Origin: Amoeboaphelidium protococcarum X5
Lineage: Eukaryota > Fungi > Aphelidiomycota
Length of the DNA stretch: 64,000 bases
NCBI GenBank assembly: GCA_023515725.1
Contig: JALDTO010000266.1
Span: 2,312,217 to 2,376,216 of the forward strand
Direction of reading: 5' to 3'
The notes under the pieces were generated by a model. That model saw only the letters and a program-made list of their open reading frames with translations, ran no database searches and was not told the origin of the DNA. Of the stretch, positions 50,049-61,800 are shown one piece after another. A program made the position numbers and the translations under genes. Position 1 is the stretch's first letter. Every line of letters begins with the position of its first letter.

Positions 50049-51404
50049 TCAAACCAATCCAGCTTTCCATAACGCCATGTGCATTCGACGCTTATTAAAG
50101 TAACCTCCCTCCTTCTTTCTGAAAGGTGTTCTAATGTTAGTCCCCCAAATACGGGCACGTTCTTGCTGCTGTGTATTACCACTATTGACTTAATCAAACG
50201 TTGCAGTTTCGGCATCATATAAGTTCTATCTATTGTCGACCTGCGGCAAAAGAAGCATCATTTCAGTATCCTCTTCATATTACCTACGCGGATTAGCGCG
50301 CGCTCTGATTTTATCACCCAAAACTTTCATACGAGCCTTGAGTGTCTGTTTCGATGACTAAGGCATCTAAGAAGTTTAATCAATACCCCCATCCGCCCGA
50401 TATTAAGAGCCTTGCGATAACAGTTGATGATTTTCTTGCCCTTAAGATGATTAATGATCTGCCAAAGGAGGAACGGCCTAGTCGGATTATCTTTACGTGT
50501 TGAAAGCATTGTTCGGATCAGGAGGAGCAAGGCGGGAGCCACTGTCATCAGAATTGAGACCACCAGCTTGCTACGGCTAATCAGCATCAGAGAAACCACC
50601 CAAGTCTTAACTCATTAAAGGTGACAATGCACGATGCTTTATACTATCTTCACTTTCATTGGCGTATTCTTCGCGCACCTTACGATCGTACTAAAGACCA
50701 GGCACATCTTATATCCCATTAGCTTCATTCTCATCCAGCCACTTAAGCACAGGTCGTTTGTCAAAAGGCGGTAGTTCTTCCACTTCATATTCATCATCTT
50801 ACTATGTCAGGTGAGCTGGATTCATTCTGCGCGCAAACTGATCAGAAGGCATCATATAGCCCCAATTGTTATCTGCATTTTCGTTAGATATTGGCGGATA
50901 AGCATGCTATAATTGCTCTCCGACAGCCTTGGTTTTTATCTGTCTCAACGGATGATAAGACCCCCAGCCGGCATAATCTACAGGAAGTTCGGCAGTTTTC
51001 TTGTACAAATCGAATATAGAGTCATGAGGACGATCTTCCGGGTCATACTCCAAATCGCTCTCATCGTCGCTAATACCCAATTTAGTGCCAAATGGAATAT
51101 TCGTGAATTTGGCGAATGGACTGATCTACTTCTACTCCGACTGTAGCTCACTATTACCATCGTTTATTGCAGAGGAGCCACTGACACTCATACCATTCTA
51201 TGCCAAGTTACCGGTGGAGGAGGAGGAGTATGTGTCCTAACTAAATTGCTGAGGATAACTATTTCTACCACCAGCGCGATAACCATCTGATGTCCTAGCA
51301 GAATGAGTACCATGACGAGCACCAGTAGTAGCAATCACAGAGTTAATTCCATTGATTAAAGCAAAAACCACCCAAACATAGCGCATCATCATAGTAACCA
51401 TCAT
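50049..51404 (-). CDS. Predicted secreted, largely disordered orphan protein
   Basis: 452 codons. N-terminus MMVTMMMRYVWVVFALINGINSVIA, acidic/Q-rich body, C-terminal ERARIWGTNIRTPFRKKEGGYF. Confidence 0.75.
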
Positions 51405-51721
51405 TTATATCTATTATATTTTCTTTACGCGTTAGCAATATTCGAAAGTTATACTAAAAGGCGAATGTAACGAAAAAGTCGTGGAGGTGGCAGTATCATA
51501 TGAGTTTGAAGGTCAGGTGGCTTGGGTGTTACCGCGAGTTTAAAACTCCGAATTTCAATTGGCTGATTTAAACAAATTTCACATGTCCAATGTACGGCTC
51601 ATAAAGCTGGCACATCCATATCCACTGATTCTTGACGCGTCATTCATGATGGAGAAATAAACTTAAATTAAAATACCGGCACTTATGATTGGTGAATGTA
51701 AAACTGAACTAAACTGCTATT

Positions 51722-52354
51722 TCATTAACCATAACCATTATTATCTTTCTCGGTTCAAAGTACCTAAAATCAGAGACTGGGTTCTCCCCAACCCAATGTA
51801 TAAGGTTTCCCTTTAGAGTAACTGATAGGCGGTGGTTGATCTACTAATTCACCATAAGAATTATATGTTTTATAAAAGTCTTCATCTTCAGCACCAGATG
51901 ACGTCGCCTTCTAGCGGCCTAATTGGCCTTGAGACTTTTCAGCGTCGTAGTCACGCATGAATCCAAAGCCAGTGTTCTAAAAGTGTTCACGCTGAGGATA
52001 AGGTTCGGAATTTGAGTGCAAGCTGCTTGGATTTTGTACTAAATCGTTTTGCTATATCCATCCAACGTAGCCTTTAGCATTATCCTTCTCTAATGGTGGT
52101 CCCTACTATAGACCACTGTGCCAACCCTTGACACCAACCTCTTATTCAAACGGACTTCTGACTTCTTAATATGGCTCTGCTTTCGGCTCAATCTCCTTCA
52201 ACCAGCCTTGATTTTGTTGCGCCTTCTACTGACGCGTATCACCTTCACTCTCCGGGATTGCGCTTAATTGGTGCTTTGCGCTCTTTGTTCTAGGCAGATG
52301 CATAGATGACGCGATGGAGATCAAAGTCAAACTAATTATTATAGCTGGTTTCAT
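51722..52354 (-). CDS. Predicted secreted orphan protein
   Basis: 211 codons. Signal peptide MKPAIIISLTLISIASS. G/Q/Y/W-rich and Cys-free. Confidence 0.72.
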
Positions 52355-52720
52355 TACAAATCTAATCTATTTTATTTTAATGCAATAAGCGTTTTTGTTT
52401 AGCAAAAAGAACAACTTTTAGACATTACAGGCTCTTGAATGAACCCACAAAGTGTAACACGTTGAACATGAGGTCGACTTGTGGCACTTTTTGATTGGCA
52501 CTTTCAGCCATGTGTACCAAAGCAATGTAACAATCATTTCAAGCCCGTCACGTTACACACAAGCTCTGCTAATTTCAAGAAACATGCTACTGTAGTCTAT
52601 GTCGAATCAAGTAAAAGACTTATGTGTGAATATTTTAAAATGGCGAAATCATATATTTAAATTGATTATCATTGACCAACGCTACGGTGCGTAAATTATA
52701 TTCAATTACGTTAAATTCAT

Positions 52721-53641
52721 TCATGCAAATCTTTTAAAACTTGGAGGCTTCTGTTAGTAGTCTTAAGGAAAAGTCAGATCAGCACCTATTACACTGCCAT
52801 ATTCATCACCAGAATCAAAGCTCAAATTCAGCGATTCAGATGACAATTCAGGTTCATCCTAAGGACGAGCTTATCCACCAAATATTCTTGATTTCAAGGC
52901 ACCGAATCTACTACGACCCTCCTTTTTCTGCCCCTAACTGACAATAAAATTCTCAACATCATCAGTCATGTGCGCGTCTTCAGAAATACGAGCAGCGCGT
53001 CTTAATTTCGGTCGTGGCTTAGGCTGCTGTTTGCCTCTGAACATCCTTTACCATTTGCGCCTAAAGTTGACACCAGAGTCTGCGCCTTTGCTCTTACTAG
53101 GCGTATTTGCTGCTAAATGAGACGGATATTCCTCTTCATCTGTGTCGAAACCACCCAAAGATTGACTATCGTGAGAGCCATAACTTTATTTATCACTACC
53201 AAGTCCAAACATTGATGGTCCAGCTTAAGCGTCTCCGTAATCAGGCTATCTTTGGGGAGAAAAGGCATTTAAACGTTGCAGCTAATCGACATGCGCATCC
53301 TGATCATTATAGAAATCTTGTTGCTACAATCCTAATTTATCGAGATTGCCTCTCGCGTCGACATCCACATCCATAGGATCAATACCCTAATCTTGCGTGC
53401 CTAAAGCATCAGTATAACCGTGAACGGTATTACTGCTTTCTATGCTATCAAATTATTTAATACCAGACTGGTCATTACCATTCTCTTGCTAATGCCATGG
53501 TCCTGATTACGGCGATTGGCCTAAGTGCCCTTGGTTGTGGCCAAAGAAATGCCTATCACCGCGGGGTCTTCTGGGGGAGCCAGCCATCGCGAATTGGGCA
53601 GATGTCGCCACGATCAAAGCTACTATAACAGAGTATTTCAT
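52721..53641 (-). CDS. Predicted secreted orphan protein with an NLS-like basic patch
   Basis: 307 codons. Signal peptide MKYSVIVALIVATSAQFAMA, and FRRKWQRMFRGKQQPKPRPKLRRAAR. Confidence 0.75.
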
Positions 53642-54011
53642 GACTATTTCTGCTTTAAATTCTTTGGGTTTGTACTATTCTAATAAGGAAAATTAAGGGG
53701 CAGACTAAAAGAGATCAATTCAAGAGTCTCTGATTCAATTTTGAAAGTCAGAGCCTCGTGAATTAGGTGGCGTGACATTGTCATGAGCTTGAAGTTACAT
53801 TGAAGTCGATAATGCCGCTAGAGTATCTAAAGCTTATCGTGAAAAAGGTGGTGCATCTACTCTAAACATTAAATTAAAACTCAAATAATGGTCTCAAAGA
53901 ATTATCAAAAATATTTCATCACGTCAAAATACTAAAGCAGTATCAGCGGTAATCATATACGATCCCAAGATTCCTCGTCGCATCATATACCATTTAATCA
54001 TCAATGTACGC

Positions 54012-55172
54012 TCAAACACGGCGAAGCAGTGGAGTAGAAGAACTATCATCATGTTCATTGGGTATTTAGCGACTATTACTCTTGATAATATCATATCCCT
54101 TCTAAAAACGAGAATCCAAGTATTTTTGTACACGACCGGGGCCGGCAAAATAGCTCCCACTAACCTTCTTCTTCCACGGCAGTCTAATATCAGTTCCCCA
54201 AACACGCGCCTTTTCACTTTTTAACTAGTCATTATGTTATTCTGCATTGCCAGTATTAGTATTAGTATGCGTAAGTTAAGACGCGTCCGTGTTACCATTG
54301 ATATCATTGAATACATCATTCATCTTTAACAAATCAGATTCTTATTACACGTTTGGATTCAAAGATCTCTCAACCTCCATCAAATCTTAAGTATATTGAT
54401 GGTAATTTTATGGGGGTTTCTATCGACGTTAAGGACGAATGTTTTCCAGCTTGTGGATAATTCGAGCACCAAACTTTGGCCTAGGATTTTGAACCGCATC
54501 ATCATCATCATCAGGGTCAAAGTCCTGATCTGCATAGGAATTCAAATCAACAGACGATAGTGAGGATTGACGCCAATGGCCAGTAAAGCTTAACGGATAG
54601 GAAGGGCCATTATCATCAACCTATAATCCGACATCAGCAGTATCTTTCACCTTCATATTATTAGCGTCACCGTTGATACCATAAACTGCAGATGTATGCT
54701 TTTTCACAGGGCGACGATACTTGTCCAGAAATGGTTTAATCTTATTCTAAGCAAACTCAGGCAAGTATGGACTATCAGCTTTCTTGGAAGAGAATGGTAC
54801 ATGCAGATTAGAACCCCACACACGCGCTCGCTACTTAATGGAAGGATCTTCACCAGGCAGATCTTACTTCTACTTTTACTACTAAAACCATTACTGCTTA
54901 GAGCCACGATGCATACCAGCCCAAAATCTTTTTCTAACAGACGGATCAGCTAACACGTCATCATTAACACCATTTGCAGACTATTTAGAATAGACTTGGG
55001 CATTCAATGCAATACCTTTACCATCCAGTCTGGCATCCTTAAAATCGGCATGATTGCCAGGTTGCTTAAACGCGCGTACCTAGTCACCTAAATTCTTAAA
55101 GGTAAAATCAGCATACACGGCCATGCACAACAATAAGGATAAAATCAGCCATCTAATTTATATAATTCTCAT
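54012..55172 (-). CDS. Predicted secreted orphan protein
   Basis: 387 codons. Signal peptide MRIIQIRWLILSLLLCMAVYA, and near-C-terminal EKARVWGTDIRLPWKKKVSGSYF. Confidence 0.75.
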
Positions 55173-55603
55173 TTTAAATTTAATTAGGATATTAAAATAC
55201 TTACAAAAGAAGAAAAAAGGATATTGGGCAGTTAAAGTAGTATTTGTTATTTTCTGATGTGATGTGCCCCTTACACACGTTAAACGATCAACACATTTTT
55301 AAGAGACACGAGATGATCATTATGATGAATCCCATGTCGAGAGATCTAGTCAATGTAATTACTATTATTATTTCAATAAATGTGATTCTATAAATACAAG
55401 AACGGTTACAGTATATACAACTTCCTACCTGAGACTTTTTGTCTCCACCAGCGCATCAAAAGTCGTGCTCGCATCTCTCTCTCTCTTCTTCACTGGTGAG
55501 CTTTATTCAATCACTTTTGTCCTTCTCTCGCAGGTTCTCATCATTCTCTTGGTTTTACTTTCGACCAAGTTGCGACAAATTTAAAACAGAAAGTGTTAAG
55601 AAG

Positions 55604-56845
55604 ATGCTCAAGTCAATTGTTAATAGAGCAAGTTTATTAAAAGTCGCCCCTAGAAGTGTTCGACACTCGTCTACGTACTCTAATAAGCTCTAGTTCTTAC
55701 CTGATCATCCAAAGATTACGTCGTATAGAGTTCTCGGTGCTGATGGTAACATTCTGAATGGAGCAGATGATCCTAAACTTCCTCAGGAGGAGTGTGTGAA
55801 TATCTACAAGTAAATGGTTCTTTTGAATACTATGGATGTCATTCTGTTTGATGCCCAGCGTCAGGGTCGAATCTCCTTCTACATGACCAATTATGGTGAA
55901 GAGGCGACACACTTTGGGGCTGCCAGTGCTCTGACTAATGATGATGTCGTTTTTGGGCAGTATAGAGAGGCGGGAGTGTTGATGTACAGAGGATTCACGC
56001 TGGACGAGTTTATGAACTAATGCTACTCTAATGACTTAGATTATGGCAAAGGTCGCTAGATGCCAGTTCACTATGGATCGAGAAAGTTGAATTTCTAGAC
56101 TATCAGTAGTCCGCTCGGTACGTAGATTCCTCAGGCAGCTGGTGCCGCATTTGCTCTTAAGCGGGAAGGTAAGTAGAATTGTGTTATATGTTACTTTGGC
56201 GAAGGTGCTGCCAGTGAGGGAGATTTTCATTATGCTCTCAACTTTGCCGCCACTATTGGCACACCTACTCTGTTCTTGTGTAGAAATAATGGCTATGCGA
56301 TATCCACTCCGGCCAAGGAGTAGTACGCTGGTGACGGTATTGCCAGTCGTGGATGGGGATACGGAATCAAGACTATCAGGGTGGACGGGAATGATGTATT
56401 TGCCATGTACAATGTCGTAAAGATGGCTAAAGAGTACGCCGTGACAAATTACAAGCCTGTCTTGATAGAAGCTATGACTTATCGCGTTGGTCATCACTCC
56501 ACCTCAGATGATTCTTCAGCTTACCGTAATAAGAGTGAGGTTGAGACATGGATGAAGTAGGACAATCCCGTGCATAGATTGCGCAAGTACTTGGAGAATC
56601 AGCAGTGGTGGAGCGGTGAACAGGAGGAACAGTGGAAGAAGGAGGCCAGACAGTAGGTGTTGGCAGCATTCAACCGTGCCGAGTAGAGAAAGAAGCCGGA
56701 TGTTAATGAACTCTTTACCGATGTCTTTGACCAACCTACCAAGATTTTGGATGCTCAAAAAGCTGAGATGGAGCGTATTGTTCGCAAGTACCCAGATTAA
56801 TATCCCCTTGATAATCACGCCAATGGTGATCGGTACAAGAAATGA
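55604..56845 (+). CDS. BCKDHA: Branched-chain 2-oxoacid dehydrogenase E1 alpha
   Basis: [74 protein letters not shown]. Confidence 0.97.
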
Positions 56846-56993
56846 TTCTGGGTGTCTTCTTTTGGCTCAATGTGTGTAGATATTGACTTACTGATTAATA
56901 ATGAATCAAAATGTCAGGTAATTTCCAATTTTTAATCTCTTTAGAACTTTATCGTTCGTTAGTTAATGTTATAACGCCAAACTCTCTTCCAAC

Positions 56994-58629
56994 ATGATGA
57001 ACATGATGGATTCTGATATTGTGATTGTAGTAATTTCTGCTCTGTTAATAAGATTTATAACTGGACTTCATCCGTATTCAGGTTGGAACAGTCCACCTAT
57101 GTATGGAGATTATGAGGCACAGCGACATTTTATGGAAATCGCGTTTAATCTGCCTGTAGGATAATGGTATACTTACGATCCTGAATATTGGGGCTTAGAT
57201 TATCCTATACTCACTGCTCTACATTCATATGCTATGGGATACGTGTAAGCATACTATTTAGCTTTCGCATCCTAAAATGCAAACGATACCACTTTATATA
57301 CGCGTACCTTTAAACTTCGTGTAGATCTCATTTAATCAATCCGCAATGGACGAGTCTGTATGAATCAAGAGGTTATGAAAGCAGCTAGCATAAGTTGTTT
57401 ATGAGATGGACCGTTGTGTTAAGTGACTTGCTATTTTACTTTGTCCCAACGCTGTTACTGATTAAAAGTGTCGATTCTAAAGTTCGATCAAATCTGCTGC
57501 TAGTGCTATTGTTGTAACCTTCTCTAATAGTCATCGATCATGGTCATTTTCAGTACAATTGTGTGATGCTTGGATTAACTCTACTTGCAATCTGTTTGAT
57601 TTTGAAGGAGCGTGTTATCACTGGCAGTATATGCTATTGTTTAGCCATTGGATACAAACACATGGCATTGTACTACTCGCTGGCCTTTTTCTCTTACCTG
57701 TTGGGCAAGTGCTTGTCAAGAGGATTTAATAGAGGTACATTATTGCTTGCGCTATTGGGTGTGTCAGTAATAGGAACATTTGGAGCAATGATGTTACCAT
57801 TATGTCTTTACGGAAATGACAAAGGATGCATCTAATCGGTTTTATAAATGTTTTCGCGGCTCTTCCCTCTACACCGTGGACTATTCGAAGATAAGGTGGC
57901 CAACTTTTGGTGCGCTATGAATGTCGTTATCAAATTTAGAGAGATATTTCGCGTGGATCAGTTGTTTAAACTGGCTGCTTTGATGACTCTAATAGGATGC
58001 ATTCCCTCGTGCTTATATGCCTGCAGGCTCCCTACACCCCGTAATTTCATCTATTGCCTATGCTGCGTCTCGCTCTCGTTCTTCATGTTCTCATTTCAGG
58101 TTCATGAAAAGTCCATTTTGCTACCACTCTTGCCGATTATGTGTCTCTTGGTTGTAGAACGTGATGCTCCATCTACAATTGGGTTTATCGAGTTCTTTTC
58201 AATTGTATCAATGTTCAGGTAAGACTGTTCCTTCATATCTATAAGCGGATTATGTCACATGGTGTGTATGTGTGTAGCATGTGGCCTCTTTTGAAACGAG
58301 AGGGATTGGGCGTGGCGTTCGTCGGACTGATCTTAATCTTTGTTTCAGTTCTCGGCTTTCCTTCTTTGCGTGTCAAAGGACTAAGATTATTGTCTGGACC
58401 TGTTTATACTCTTTTTGTTGTGCTGGTATTAGCAGAGTTTAACATTTAGCCTCCTATGAGATACCCTGACCTGTTTGTAGTCTTGAATGTGGTGCTATCA
58501 TTCTGCTGTTTCGCGTTGTCATATCTTTACCTGCATCTGCGAATGTTCAATTGTCCCGTTGATTCTGTACTTCAACGCTTGGACAGTGTTCTACTCACTC
58601 AGAAACCTGACGAAAAGAAAGTCAAATGA
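56994..58629 (+). CDS. ALG6: Dol-P-Glc alpha-1,3-glucosyltransferase Alg6, introns ~57245-57325 and ~58219-58277
   Basis: HPYSG..SPPMYGDYEAQRH, YWGLDYP, IDHGHFQYN, YKHMALYY, RLFPLHRGLFEDKVANFWC, FSFQVHEKSILLP, RYPDL. Confidence 0.95.
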
Positions 58630-58862
58630 TCAAATATACTGTTACAGCTTTGATTTACATAATTTAAAGTTTTATTACATCACGCATTCAAGTAAAGATG
58701 GCGTTACTTATTCATCATCAAGTCGTGTCTGCGAGAAATGATGATTCGCGTTCTACTTGCGATTGTTTCGTCTCGTCCGAGGAGAATCTTTTCTCACTTA
58801 ACTGTTACATCAGCCAGCTCACTGTATTATTATAGCTCAAATAACTACAGTCTTCAGCTATT

Positions 58863-61800
58863 ATGGATGAATTGTCTGATGAATAAGAGTCACAAAAAAG
58901 TCCTTTGTTGGATTAGGTGGAATCTGAGCAAGTTTATGATGCAGTTAATACGTTAAGTCAAGAGACGTATTCTAACTAATTGGTGGCTGATCCTATGACA
59001 AAGGCGCAAGAGATTGATGACGTTGAGTATGAGTAGAGGAGTTTGAATGAAGAACTAGATTCTCTGGATTTGGTGAATGATGAAATGGGTGGTCAAGAGG
59101 GTATTGATGAGGAGGAATATGTACAAGTACTCGATTCTAATGAAGACCTGGGTGATGATTAGGCCGGTGTTGATTCATAAGGAAAGCAGCCGCAGAGTAG
59201 GAATATGAGTAGTGGTTCACTGTTCTCTCCTACGGCAGTTTTCTCTCCCCTTATTAATAAAAATGCAGTCAAGTATGTCAGTTTGGTACTTCAGTTCCTA
59301 TATCCACTGTGTTTACTTGCCGTGTCACCGCTCCGTTTCGATCTAATTACTACTGGATACCTCATTGGTTTCGTGACGTTCATACTGATACAAACTGTTC
59401 CTAGCTGTGATTAGCTGAGACCCCGTTTAGTATATGCGGTAACTGTGTACTCGGCTTTAATCATACTTGGTAAATGTATCTTTTAAATCTATTTAGCGGC
59501 TGCACCTGGTGGATATTAGGAAGTTTTAGTTGATTACGCCATGTCGTAATTGTTTGGTTTTACTAAAATTCAGTCAGTGTAAGATGGTCTCTATTAGTTT
59601 CTGCCTGAAGTGTCTATATTAGTGATTTCAATTATTAATATAGCTTTGAAAAGAGCCTCTACATCTAGTCAACCGCAACGACCAGAGTAGCTTTCTATGA
59701 TGTGGAATACTCTTTACGTAGCAGTTTCCTGGATAGTGTACTTGGTAGTCGTTCTACTTGTTCTGTCGCAGTAGCATTTGCTTAATATTATATATTTGGT
59801 GATACTTTGTGCTGAATTGTTCATTTGGTCTATTTAACGCGATATGTCGACTGTGACTAAAGTGGTTCGGTTCGTACTGTTCTACTTTATAATTTGCTAA
59901 TCTTTACTGTTTCATGTGACTCATATAAATGTCGTTAAAGATAGTATAAGCTTAGAGTATCGCTAGTTGTTGGGACTGTAGTTGAACTAAACTGGCGTTG
60001 GCTACACATATGCAATCCTGCTGTTGATCTTAGTACTTTTTCTGTATTTCCAGTAGTGGATTGGAAGCAAAGCTCAAATCGCAAAGTCTCTTTGGAATCC
60101 ATTGGGCAGTGAAACTTGGTCGTTGGCATTGTGGTAATCTACACATAATATGTCTGACGGCCTGATGACGAGGATTGGACATTTCCTTGCAGTGCACAAC
60201 TCCAAACTGGTCTCTTTAGTTCTATACTTGATAGCAGTGTCGTTCCCTAGCTATCTTACGCTTCCTGTGCTGTTTTACGGGTCTGCGCTGCTTATATTGC
60301 CATAAATTAAGTTTCATCATTGGCTAATTCTAATTTACGTCTAAATTGTTTTTGGCATAATCTACAGCTACAATTCCTTGTGGGCAGCTGAAAGTTTATA
60401 GCTTCCAGAGTATCAAGATGTCGGCCTGATTCGCTTTTAACCTTCGTAATTATACATGATGGCTTTATTTATCTTGACATACGCTTTGGCTATATTTGTC
60501 TATCCTTGGGATAGAATTTCGCATGGAGACCGCCTACAGCCAACTAACAACTCCCTTGACTCTGGCGCCCAGTCATTACCTGAGTAGAAAAGTGCTTTTA
60601 AAAAGAAACTTGCTGCCTTTCGATAGTACTTGTCTATATTGTGGAGTTTAGCTGTGTAATTTGCGGTCAATTATGCTTATTTGATATCGCTGATAGTTCT
60701 GTATCTTTGTGGACTGCAGCGTGTAAATATTATCAATGCTGGTTTCATGTTCTTTTTTATCCTATTTCTGTTGTATCCTCAGCTAGCATAGCGATTTTGG
60801 TTGGCATTAGTGGTCTACACTGAACTGGTTATCTGTTTGCAGTTCTTTTGGTAGTTTTAATTTGCACAACCCAATGCGGTGTCTGAAATTTGGGGTCTCG
60901 AGAAGAGCAATAACCTTTGGTAACTTTTAATCTACCACCTTGTCATTCTGCTTTTCACTGCTGTCTAGTAGGATGTTTATCAATCGCTCAGGTAGCGTTA
61001 GATGGGAGTTACTAATGATTCTGAGATGGCCCTCAACGAGAATGCCAATTCCGTAGTGCAGAACAATCATTCCAATTTGATGCGGACCAATATCGTGCTA
61101 CTGGCATTGAACAAAATTTACGAGTTTATGAATTATTTCATCAAGTCGTACAATATTTTGTTTTGCTGCTTCGCTTACGTACTGATCGCTCTACTGAATG
61201 ATGTCACCATGTTCTCTATCGGCTATTTCGTCCTATTTCTGCTGTGTGCTCTGGCCTTTTAAATGTCAGCCTTTGTAGTTGTTAGAAGATCCTGGCTTCT
61301 TGTGGCCTCTTATCCAGCGGCATTAGCCATATGCTGTTATTTGTATTAGTTCAAGTCGCTGTAAAGTTACCTGCAATCTAGATTTAGTCCTTAACTGTTG
61401 CTTGATATTGGTTTGGAGGCAAAGAGCGGATCACAACTTTCAGAGTACCTATTCCAACACGTCGCTGCTTTGTTCTTATCAGTGTTATAGTATAGGATCT
61501 TTATTGGGATATTTCGCGCTGAAAATTCCTTGTCAGATTTAAGTTTATCTTTACCGGACATCGTAAGTTTTATCGTTGGTTTCTGTAAGCGCTTTATAAT
61601 TGTCCATGGGTCTAAGCTTATATTTGTCCTATCATTTTACTTTGCCATTTAGTATATTTCGCTGTATGGAATGCTAACCATGATTTATGCTGTCTTCATA
61701 ATTCCGTTTCCGCAATCGTTCGGAGGTGGAAGATTGATTTTAATGTTGTGGGTCTCGACGTTCTGCGTAGCTAATCTACTTTATCAGCTTGAAGTAGTAT

